DNA of 64,000 nucleotides from Minisyncoccota bacterium (GTDB lineage Bacteria > Patescibacteriota > Minisyncoccia > Phycocordibacterales > XYD1-FULL-46-19), in NCBI GenBank assembly GCA_041657405.1, contig JBBABX010000002.1, positions 42,726 through 106,725 of the forward strand. The letters are read 5' to 3'. Shown one piece after another: positions 55,918-63,786 of the stretch (position 1 is the stretch's first letter; every line of letters begins with the position of its first letter). Made by a program: the position numbers and the translations under genes. The notes below the pieces were generated by a model. That model did not search any database and had not been told where the DNA came from. It worked only from the letters and a program-made list of their open reading frames with translations.

Positions 55918-56649
55918 TTATCTCAGATAAAAAGTAGCCTTAACTGTGACCATGACTTCCTTATTGATATTTGATGTATCATAAGCTCCATAATCAGAAA
56001 TTTCAATAGAGTTCTCCGATAAAACCTGGACCACTCCACTAGAGGCAGCTTTTAAACCTCCTATTTTTTTATTCCCCGCCTTGGCTATCTCGCTAGCTCG
56101 CGCTTTAGCATCAGCAATAGCCGCCGAGAGAAGAGAGACACGCAATTCTGGTAATTTGGAATAAAAATATTGAAGAGATTGAGTAGAAAAAATAACTCCT
56201 GCCGTTATTAATTCTCCGCTATTATTGGCAATACTTGAAATATTTTCCACTTCATTTGAGTTGATTTCTATCGTTCGACGCAAAATATAACGTTTAGCAT
56301 CGCCACGATTATCGGGATCCCAAACTTCTTCCATAAAAACTGGAGAGATGGTTAAATCTTTTTCAGCAAAACCTTTATCTAAATAAAATTTCTTGACTAA
56401 ATCTAAATCACGATCCATCTGTTCATAACCAAACTTCATATTACCAAGCTCAACCACCCGATTGAAAGTAGCAATCCATTTAACAGTATCGGCTATGACA
56501 GCCTGTTTGGCTGAACCAGTCACTACCAACGCATTATCAAAGGACCGAACTCGGTAAAAAGTGTAGGCACCTATTAAGGTGCTGACAATCAAACTGCCAC
56601 TTAAAACAAAGCTAATCAATGTCGCCGAATTTTTAAAATTGTTATCCAT
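55918..56649 (-). CDS. SIMPL/DUF541-family protein (YggE-like), N-terminally membrane-anchored
   Basis: An N-terminal TM helix. The length and the C-terminal ...LLSAAIADAKARASEIAKAGNKKIGGL... region resemble SIMPL-domain proteins. Confidence 0.5.
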   Translation of the reverse strand: MDNNFKNSATLISFVLSGSLIVSTLIGAYTFYRVRSFDNALVVTGSAKQAVIADTVKWIATFNRVVELGNMKFGYEQMDRDLDLVKKFYLDKGFAEKDLTISPVFMEEVWDPDNRGDAKRYILRRTIEINSNEVENISSIANNSGELITAGVIFSTQSLQYFYSKLPELRVSLLSAAIADAKARASEIAKAGNKKIGGLKAASSGVVQVLSENSIEISDYGAYDTSNINKEVMVTVKATFYLR

Positions 56650-56851
56650 AATAAAATAATATTAAAAAATAATTGTTATCTTTTCCCGTTATCATTTCTT
56701 CTAATTTTGAGTGAATCCTTTTTCAGTCTATATCTATCATTTTTTTGACATTGTCTAATTTTAAATGTTGACGGAGATCGATAAGCTGGAGATCCGCTTT
56801 TATTTCCTACTTTGGCATAATTTTTCATAATTCATTTTTATTATTTTAACG

Positions 56852-57613
56852 TTATTTTTGAATTATCGCAAAACGATAACGACCAAATTGGTCTTTGCCA
56901 AAGAGCCAAGATTTATATTTATTTTTTTTTAAAAATTTATCAACTGCTTTTTTTTGTCCATAGCCAAATTCCAGATAAATTTTCCCATTAATTTTCAAAT
57001 AGGCTGGCGCTTGTTTCAAAAATTTTTTAAGATAAAAAAAACCGTCTCGACCGCCGTATAAAGCTTCCCGGGGCTCATATTTTGTCACCGAACTAGCTAA
57101 TTTTTGAGCAAGTGGAATATATGGAGGGTTAGCAAAAATATAATCAAAAGTTCCTCTAACATTAGAAAAAACGTTACTTCTTACGATCTTGGCTCGATTA
57201 GGCCCAACTTTATCACGATTCAGTTTGAGATTTTTTTTAAGAGTTTTGAGTGCTTGCAAATTTTTGTCAGCAAAAATCACTTTAGCTTGATTGACATTAA
57301 TTAAAACAGCTAAACCAATACAACCAGATCCCGCAAAAATATCCAAACATTTTATTGTTTGACGTTTGTTTTCTTTTTTTATCTCAGTTATTGCTTTTTC
57401 CGTCCAATATTCAGTTTCTTCGCGTGGAATAAGTGGTCGTTCAGTCAAATCAATTTTGCAACCCAAAAACGATTTCCAACCAATGACATAGTCAATGGGT
57501 TCACCTTGTCGCAAACGAGACAAATCTTTGGCCAAATTAGTTGACGCAATTTGATTACCAGAGTATTTATCTTGTCTTAACCAATTTAAATATTTCTCTT
57601 CTTTTTTCATCAC
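56852..57613 (-). CDS. prmC: release factor glutamine N5-methyltransferase PrmC/HemK
   Basis: HemK N-terminal region (EPIDYVIGWKSFLGCKIDLTERPLIPREETE), motif I LDIFAGSGCIGLAV and the NPPY motif (IFANPPYIP). Confidence 0.8.
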   Translation of the reverse strand: MMKKEEKYLNWLRQDKYSGNQIASTNLAKDLSRLRQGEPIDYVIGWKSFLGCKIDLTERPLIPREETEYWTEKAITEIKKENKRQTIKCLDIFAGSGCIGLAVLINVNQAKVIFADKNLQALKTLKKNLKLNRDKVGPNRAKIVRSNVFSNVRGTFDYIFANPPYIPLAQKLASSVTKYEPREALYGGRDGFFYLKKFLKQAPAYLKINGKIYLEFGYGQKKAVDKFLKKNKYKSWLFGKDQFGRYRFAIIQK

Positions 57614-58332
57614 GGCTTTGGATCAAGTCGCATATACTTTTGCCAATGATCATACAAATCTCTGGTGGCAATCAAATCTCCTACGTTATAACGAGCAATA
57701 TCTAAGTATTTTTTCTCACGAAAAAGTCTGGTAACATCATCACCACAAACACCATCGCCTTTAGGACTTTTTATTCCTAAAGCACGACACCACAAATGCA
57801 AAGAATTTTTGCCACGAACAGCTCCATAAAAAGATAACTGGTCAAAAAGATCCACGTGTTTGGCATCATAACGTTGACTGTTAAGATAACGATTGGACAT
57901 CAAATCTTTCGTTATTTTTACCTTGTTAACCGCCGAACGAGCAATCAAAAAGGGAACATCAAATGATCGCCCATTAAAATCAATGAACTCGTCATATTCC
58001 TTAGCTCCGTGCCAAAAACGCTCTAACATTTCTTTCTCAGACATTGGTTTAAATTTAAAATCATTTTCTTCTGATTCTTTTTCTTCACTGTCAGGTGCTT
58101 GATAGTAAACAACCCCCTTGTTTTTATCATAATCTAATAAACCAATCGCCACAATTTGCCCAGTTAGAGGAGAAAAGCCTAAGCCGTCTTTTATTTTCCC
58201 AAGTTCACGATCATATTCTTCTTGATTCTCGCAACTTTCTTTTATCCATTTGGTCAAAATTTCGCAAGTCGTTTCATCCATTTCATCATAATTTTCACCA
58301 GCTGTTTCTATGTCAAAAATTAACTTTGCCAT
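57610..58332 (-). CDS. RNase H-fold predicted 3'-5' exonuclease (PolB-exonuclease-like; COG3298-type); the ORF extends to 58386
   Basis: Exo I-like LIFDIETAG at the proposed start, and conserved downstream Y/D-containing blocks (…RYNVGDLIATRDLYDHW). It overlaps prmC by 4 nt. Confidence 0.5.
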   Translation of the reverse strand: MAKLIFDIETAGENYDEMDETTCEILTKWIKESCENQEEYDRELGKIKDGLGFSPLTGQIVAIGLLDYDKNKGVVYYQAPDSEEKESEENDFKFKPMSEKEMLERFWHGAKEYDEFIDFNGRSFDVPFLIARSAVNKVKITKDLMSNRYLNSQRYDAKHVDLFDQLSFYGAVRGKNSLHLWCRALGIKSPKGDGVCGDDVTRLFREKKYLDIARYNVGDLIATRDLYDHWQKYMRLDPKP

Positions 58333-58489
58333 TTTTTTCTTTTTAGATAATAACTTTATTTTAACATAATAAAACAAAGGCTTCAATTTTGCGTATCTAA
58401 TTTAACAACTGAAAAATAGGAACAAATTTTAGATTTAAATTATAATTTTTGTTATAATAACAAAAACATTATTAATAACACGTAAAATT

Positions 58490-59128
58490 ATGGAACAAAA
58501 ACATAGCTTTTGGGCAATCGCCGCCGGTTTAGTAATTCTTGTTTTGGTAATTTACGGAGTAAGCCAAAATAATTTATCAAGTCCTAACGATAATTTAAAT
58601 ATGTCACCAATTATTAAATTAGAAACCAATTTGGGTGAAATTCAATTTAAAACTTATCCCAATGATGCTCCCAAAACTGTTGAAAATTTTGTAAAATTAG
58701 CAAACGAGGGTTTTTATGACGGTCTCACTTTTCATCGAGTTATCAATGGTTTTATGATTCAAGGTGGCGACCCTAATTGTTCCCCCGAATTATCTAAGCA
58801 ACCAACTACTGGTCCTTGTGGCACTGGCGGCCCAGGTTACCAATTTGAAGACGAATTAAATTCTGATACCCAATCTTACCAAGACGGTTATCAAAAAGGA
58901 GTTGTCGCTATGGCTAATGCTGGCCCCAATACCAATGGTAGTCAATTTTTTATTATGCTAGCTGACACTCCTCTCCCAAATGACTACACAATTTTCGGCA
59001 AAGTTATCAAAGGTCAAGAGATTGTTGACCAAATCGGACAAGTGACAATTGACATTAATGACCGCCCAATTAAACCAATAAAAATAATCAAAGCAACAAC
59101 TTTGATCATTAACGAATCTGATATTTGA
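58490..59128 (+). CDS. ppiB: cyclophilin-type peptidyl-prolyl cis-trans isomerase with N-terminal membrane anchor
   Basis: FHRVINGFMIQGGDP and GPNTNGSQFFI cyclophilin motifs; N-terminal TM AIAAGLVILVLVIYGV. Confidence 0.9.
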   Translation: MEQKHSFWAIAAGLVILVLVIYGVSQNNLSSPNDNLNMSPIIKLETNLGEIQFKTYPNDAPKTVENFVKLANEGFYDGLTFHRVINGFMIQGGDPNCSPELSKQPTTGPCGTGGPGYQFEDELNSDTQSYQDGYQKGVVAMANAGPNTNGSQFFIMLADTPLPNDYTIFGKVIKGQEIVDQIGQVTIDINDRPIKPIKIIKATTLIINESDI

Positions 59129-59202
59129 GTTTTAAATAACAGAAAAATATTAATGATTAAAAAACTTTCTTAGTATTTGAATTAATAAGAATTATTTTAA
59201 AT

Positions 59203-59502
59203 TCACTTAACTTCTTTAGTTTTTTGGGGATCAGGAATCAAACCATTCCTAATGCAAGCCGGACAATAATTGCCACTGCCACCACAAATCGGGCATCTAT
59301 CTCTTAACTCATCTTCTGGAGTTCTACTTTGAATATAATCCTTAGCAAGTTTTGAGATTTTGTCATCTTCTCTAGTCTCTTCAAATTTAGTATCTAAGTC
59401 TAAATCTTGGCCTCTTTCTTCAATTTCAGGCAAATCCATTTGTTCGCCAGATTGATATTCTTTTTTATTTTTCATAATTTTACAATAATTAAAATTAAAC
59501 AA
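59203..59502 (-). CDS. small acidic protein with C-terminal zinc ribbon (hypothetical)
   Basis: CPICGGSGNYCPACIRNG at the C-terminus. The likely start is the internal ATG (MKNKKEY). Confidence 0.35.
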   Translation of the reverse strand: MFNFNYCKIMKNKKEYQSGEQMDLPEIEERGQDLDLDTKFEETREDDKISKLAKDYIQSRTPEDELRDRCPICGGSGNYCPACIRNGLIPDPQKTKEVK

Positions 59503-59539
59503 ATATCAGCTAAAAACCGCGAGTTGCTTCGTTTCTGTT

Positions 59540-60481
59540 TTAAGCTTCTGTTTCTATCGCAAAATTGACAAGAACTTTATTTCCTTGGAGGAGGCCGTCA
59601 ATTCTTACTCTTTTACCAATTTCCCAATCATTACAAACAATCGGACCATCTATCGCCTGGCAACGACTGCTGGGAACAAACTGAAGCATCACCCGAAGAG
59701 CTGGTTGTCCAGGTTTTTCATAAACCAGAGACCACCCATCGGCTCCTTCATCTTTTACCAAGTTGCCAATCTCAGAAAAAACAATCTCTTCTTCTGGCAA
59801 AATTTCAAAAGATTTAATTTTGACACTTTTGTTTTCATCTATCAGATAACTAAATTCAGCACGAAATAGAATATGACCATCTTCATATTCAACCAAACCA
59901 TTTTTATTTTCGCTAAAAGTAATATTGTTTACTTGAAAAGCTCCGCCCAAAACTGGTTCTTCGGGCGACAATTCAGCAATATATTCTCTAATATAATTAT
60001 CAACTTTTTTCTGTTCATCCACCTCAAAAGAAACCCCTGGATTACCACAGGAAATATCGTCTATCTTCCACTTCCCATTAATTTTGATTAAGGATATTTG
60101 GATTATCTTAATAACCCCAGAAAAATCCTCTCGCACTTCAACTTGAACCCCTTTGTCATTACTGCCAACTTCATAAATTAAAAATTTTTCCGGCTTATTC
60201 TGAGCACACAACACTGGATCATAATTGTTTTGGTCATAAACAGTTATTGCCTCTTTTATTTTTCTTTTTAAATTATCTGTTAAGGTGTCACTCTTTTGAT
60301 AAGAATTATCATCAAGACGATATTCACCATCAAGCCAATTCTCATAAAATTTCTTTGTGGTAACAACTGGGTCGCTGAAAAAGTAATAATCATAAACTAA
60401 CCACCCAGCCACAATTAACAAGAGAAATATTAATGAATAAGTTAATTTTTTCATAATAGAAAGTGTTAAAATATTTAACAT
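59540..60481 (-). CDS. hypothetical membrane-anchored protein
   Basis: N-terminal TM (LTYSLIFLLLIVAGWLVY) followed by a ~280-aa soluble domain. No motif recognised. Confidence 0.4.
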   Translation of the reverse strand: MLNILTLSIMKKLTYSLIFLLLIVAGWLVYDYYFFSDPVVTTKKFYENWLDGEYRLDDNSYQKSDTLTDNLKRKIKEAITVYDQNNYDPVLCAQNKPEKFLIYEVGSNDKGVQVEVREDFSGVIKIIQISLIKINGKWKIDDISCGNPGVSFEVDEQKKVDNYIREYIAELSPEEPVLGGAFQVNNITFSENKNGLVEYEDGHILFRAEFSYLIDENKSVKIKSFEILPEEEIVFSEIGNLVKDEGADGWSLVYEKPGQPALRVMLQFVPSSRCQAIDGPIVCNDWEIGKRVRIDGLLQGNKVLVNFAIETEA

Positions 60482-60534
60482 AAATATTTTAACACTCCTT
60501 TCCTGATTTGCAATTTAAACTTTTTTAATCCGAC

Positions 60535-60948
60535 TTAAATTGCAAATAGAATTGCGCCACTAGTTATCAATAAAGCTCCCAATCCAGTTTTCCAAGTCAA
60601 AGTCTCACCCAAAAATAAAATTGCCAAGATTAAAATAAAAACAACACTCAAACGGTCTAGTGCCGCCGCCCCAGACGCTGGACCAATTTTTAAAGCTGCA
60701 AAATAAAAAAGCCAAGATAATGCTCCAACCAAACCAGACAAAATGATAAAAATAAAAGATTTGCCATCAATTTTACCCAAATCAAATTTACCAAAACTAA
60801 TAGCAAAAATTAAAAGCGCGCAAGCCATAACAATCGCACGGATAGTCGTGGCCAAGGTAGTATCAACCCCTCCCAATCCGAGTTTGCCCAAAATTGCCAC
60901 CAAAGCAGCAAAAAAGGCAGACAATAAAGCTAGGATTATCCAAGACAT
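60535..60948 (-). CDS. small EamA/DMT-superfamily membrane transporter (4-TM half-size)
   Basis: 137 aa with four hydrophobic helices. The N-terminus MSWIILALLSAFFAALVAILGKLG is an EamA-like signature. Confidence 0.55.
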   Translation of the reverse strand: MSWIILALLSAFFAALVAILGKLGLGGVDTTLATTIRAIVMACALLIFAISFGKFDLGKIDGKSFIFIILSGLVGALSWLFYFAALKIGPASGAAALDRLSVVFILILAILFLGETLTWKTGLGALLITSGAILFAI

Positions 60949-61120
60949 AGAAACATTATAAATCTTAAATATTTTTTATGAAAGCAAATTCTGGGGAGAA
61001 ACCTATTTTTAATTTTTATAATAAAGAATTTTCGAATTTTCTAATTTGACTTAATCATTAAAATTTGTTCCACTTAAAATAGTTCTTTTCCAATAAAACT
61101 AACCCTTAGGAGAAATAGTA

Positions 61121-61594
61121 ATGACCACAAAAATCAACCGGACAAAAGACAAGGCCTATCCAATGGTAAATGAGATTTTTGAATTAACCATTGACGGCAA
61201 CATCCCAGAAAATACCCCAGAAGGAATGATCAAGAATTGTAAATATTGTGGTTTTGAACTTGAAAAGTGGAGTCATGAGGGACCGACCATAACCGGCAAA
61301 AAAACTAAAAAGTTTAAACTCACCCAAATTGGCCAGCAACACGATTGGACGACAACCAAAACACTTTTAAGAAACAAGAACGGTCCCACCCCCGAAGGTC
61401 AGTGGTTAAAAGCTTTCAAAGAGGCATACCCAAAATCAGATTATAAGGGACCAATCGTGGTTGCCGATGCTTCGTGGATTGGTCTTTTAGACGGGAAATA
61501 TTTCCCCTATCTATCTGAAGGAGGGTTGCTAGTGTTTAGCTGGGTCGGAGCCAGTTTTGGCGACCGTTGGCGCTGGTTAGTATTTGCTCTTTAA
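61121..61594 (+). CDS. hypothetical protein (good RBS AGGAG 8 nt upstream)
   Basis: 157 aa with a C-x2-C (CKYCGF) and an aromatic-rich C-terminus. No motif recognised. Confidence 0.4.
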   Translation: MTTKINRTKDKAYPMVNEIFELTIDGNIPENTPEGMIKNCKYCGFELEKWSHEGPTITGKKTKKFKLTQIGQQHDWTTTKTLLRNKNGPTPEGQWLKAFKEAYPKSDYKGPIVVADASWIGLLDGKYFPYLSEGGLLVFSWVGASFGDRWRWLVFAL

Positions 61595-61636
61595 AAGTCA
61601 GGGGTTAAGAGCCAGATTCTTAAATTTCTGATTTTT

Positions 61637-61668
61637 ACTCTGTTGTTAACTTAACAACAGAGTTTTTG
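61637..61668 (+). terminator. intrinsic terminator (perfect 13-bp inverted repeat plus T-tract)
   Basis: ACTCTGTTGTTAA-C-TTAACAACAGAGT followed by TTTTTG. Confidence 0.55.
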
Positions 61669-61827
61669 TTTCAATCAATCAACAATTAAAGCAACCGAGT
61701 GCCATTTTTTTCTTAATCTTCCAAAAATTCGCCCGAATTTGGGGGAATTAAGAAAAATTTCCCTCATTCCCAAACTTTTTTAATATTTTGAACCAATTTA
61801 AAGCTCTTTTCATAATAAAACTTACTA

Positions 61828-62013
61828 TTAATTAGACAAAAACTTTCTTATTCTCTCCTTTTTGGGTTTATAAAAATACCCCTTACTCTTCCATTTAGCA
61901 ATCTCTTTCTTGGCACTTTCCTCGGTGTTGCATTCATACAAAACACAAAAACCATTGACAAATAACCCTATTTCTGATATTATATTCGGGACTGCTCTTT
62001 GAGATAAGAACAC
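61828..62013 (-). CDS. small hypothetical protein
   Basis: 61-aa ORF with AT-rich, host-like composition. No motif recognised. Confidence 0.25.
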   Translation of the reverse strand: MFLSQRAVPNIISEIGLFVNGFCVLYECNTEESAKKEIAKWKSKGYFYKPKKERIRKFLSN

Positions 62014-62135
62014 TGCAAAACGATGTTTGAGATGAGCTTTTTGAGCTTCAAAGTCAGGGGCCTAGAAAGCTCGTCTCAAACTGAGGCAAGTCGTTCCGAG
62101 CGATCTCGGTAAATCAGAAAATGGAGATGATGTCG

Positions 62136-62927
62136 ATGAAAACATTGAACACGTCTGCACTGGTAACCGCAGACAGTCCGAAAGGACAGAGAGCTACCGA
62201 AACGTTCCGCGCCCAATATAACAAGGCGGGACTTGACGACGAAAGCGCACAGATCCTGAACGAGAATCCCGGCTTCGCCGTGTATCTCGCCGATGGTATC
62301 CGTCGCTTCTCAGCCAAAGCGCCCGACTACGGTCTGGCGCAGTCAATCCTCGGCATGGATTTCATCACGCCCGAGGAAGTCAGCAGGGCTCGCCCGAGCA
62401 TTGTGTACACCGACGACCAGATCACGGCACTCGCCGAAAGTCTGCCGTCGGAAGACATGCTCAAGTGGTGCAAGGACAACGGTTACGCCGTCATGCCCGC
62501 TCCGCCGCAGGCGTGCTCACTGCTCGACATTCGGGAGATCCTGTCCGCCCACTTCTGCTCGAAGACGGGTGGGTAGTATTCCTACCAGAAGTTCGCTCGC
62601 GAAGACAGGACGTCCTTCGGATGGCTCGCCATCAAGAAGACTCCGATCTCCGACTCGACCAGCAAAAACTGGAACGAGCAGAACAAGCTTCTGTCCACAC
62701 TCGAGACGGTGCCGAACGCCGCCGAGATGAGCTGGTTCATCACGACCTATTTCGAGGTCCGTGGTATCCGACTCTTCGAAAGCATCTACGTTCGGACGTC
62801 CAATCTCGACTCGGACGGTGACCGTGTTAGCGTCGGCGGCTTCGATTCCAAGGGTCTCTTAGTCAATAACTGGGGCGGCGGCCACCGCCAGGGCGACCTC
62901 GGCTTATCGGGTGTCAGGAAGCAGTGA
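62136..62927 (+). CDS. hypothetical protein in a high-GC segment, interrupted by a single in-frame TAG at 62574-62576 (frame open from 62121)
   Basis: GGAG lies 8 nt upstream of the ATG at 62136. ORFs 62121-62576 and 62709-62927 are in the same frame, and the 44 codons between them are stop-free and protein-like. The other two forward frames give Arg/Ser/Pro-rich nonsense typical of off-frame GC-rich DNA. Confidence 0.4.
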
Positions 62928-62965
62928 TCCTTGATCCCTTGAGGGCTTGTTCCTCTTGAATACTT

Positions 62966-63008
62966 GAGCCTTCGCGAAATTTTTTTTCGCGAAGGCTCTT
63001 TCTTTTTA
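62966..63008 (+). terminator. strong intrinsic terminator (14-bp perfect stem)
   Basis: GAGCCTTCGCGAAA-TTTTT-TTTCGCGAAGGCTC followed by TTTCTTTTT. Confidence 0.6.
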
Positions 63009-63024
63009 TACACAAACAAAAAAC

Positions 63025-63046
63025 CACCCGAAAGGGTGATTTTTTG
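63025..63046 (+). terminator. second, weaker hairpin plus T-tract
   Basis: CACCC-GAAA-GGGTG followed by ATTTTTTG. Confidence 0.4.
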
Positions 63047-63319
63047 TTCTGGTTACTGCTCTCAGTAGGTATGTAATGTGCGGAATAGTTACCTTTGATT
63101 TCTATCGAAACTTGAGGAGTCTAGGACACCCTTTTGGAAGGTTCGTGCCCATGACTCGTTCTTAAAATGCTTTGCAAATTATAGCGATTTTAAGAGTCTC
63201 GATAGATCTCACATGGCTGCTGCCGCAAAAGGATTCGAACCGTCTCGGTCTAGAACCAAAATTATCTTAGTATACGGCTTGTTTATTGCTCTTTTTTGCG
63301 GTATAAATGATTTACTTAT

Positions 63320-63659
63320 GCAGCAGCACCAAATGAAACTGGCAACAGAGCCATACAACAACATCGCCACGGGAAAGAAAGTGATCGAATCCCGTCTTTT
63401 TGATGAGAAGCGCCAGCAGATTGCGATTGGCGACCAGATTGTTTTCAGTGAAAATGATAATCCAGAAAATAGTGTAACTACTACAGTGAAAGGATTGTTG
63501 CGCTACCAAACCTTCAAAGAACTTTTTGCTGACCATGATCCAGCACTTTTCGGAGAAAAGAGCCGTGATTTTCTCCTGACACAGATAAAACAATTCTATC
63601 CTGACGAAGACGAGCAGAAATACGGCGTTGTCGGCATTCGCCTAGAACTACTTGGCTAA
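63320..63659 (+). CDS. ASCH (PUA-like) domain protein; the ORF is open from 63213 but its 5' part overlaps a tRNA-like fragment
   Basis: EPYNNIATGKKVIESRLFDEKRQQIAIGDQIVF...YGVVGIRLE matches the ASCH-domain pattern (short beta-barrel with conserved GxK(T/V)xExR). Confidence 0.55.
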
Positions 63660-63786
63660 CTGCTATCTTATATTGTAATGTTCGTACCGTACCCAACATG
63701 GGTACGTCAACCTTTTTGTTGCTCAAGGAGCTATAGTGGCTTCCCTGCAACAAATCAAAGAAAGGAGTTCCTTACAATGATACGAG

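Noticed and set aside
43859-58346. Remaining short embedded ORFs (43859-44221, 46046-46267, 46416-46646, 47394-47582, 47586-47777, 48769-48963, 49621-49854, 49931-50152, 50765-50983, 51264-51467, 52615-52812, 53878-54168, 54408-54608, 57104-57304, 57359-57544, 57893-58102, 58095-58346, 59585-59869, 59873-60091, 60743-60961, 62114-62317)
   Set aside because: All are contained within, and antisense or off-frame to, longer ORFs with recognisable domains (uvrA, ABC exporter, uvrB, tgt, dehydrogenase, ppsA, coiled-coil protein, prmC, exonuclease-like, membrane proteins). None has an RBS or motif of its own.
63201-63290. A complete tRNA gene on the minus strand containing GGTTCGAATCC
   Set aside because: No 5' acceptor strand complementary to the putative 3' acceptor (…TGCGGCA/GGCAGCA) and no D/anticodon arms were found. 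It is retained only as a possible tRNA 3' fragment/att remnant in the findings.
62293-63753. ORFs 62293-62730 (+), 62465-62821 (+), 62786-63019 (-), 63312-63593 (-), 63514-63753 (-)
   Set aside because: These lie in the high-GC segment, where stop codons are rare in every frame. Their products are Arg/Pro/Ser/Thr-rich with no motifs, and they overlap better frames (62121-62927 frame 0; ASCH gene) that show protein-like composition and RBSs.
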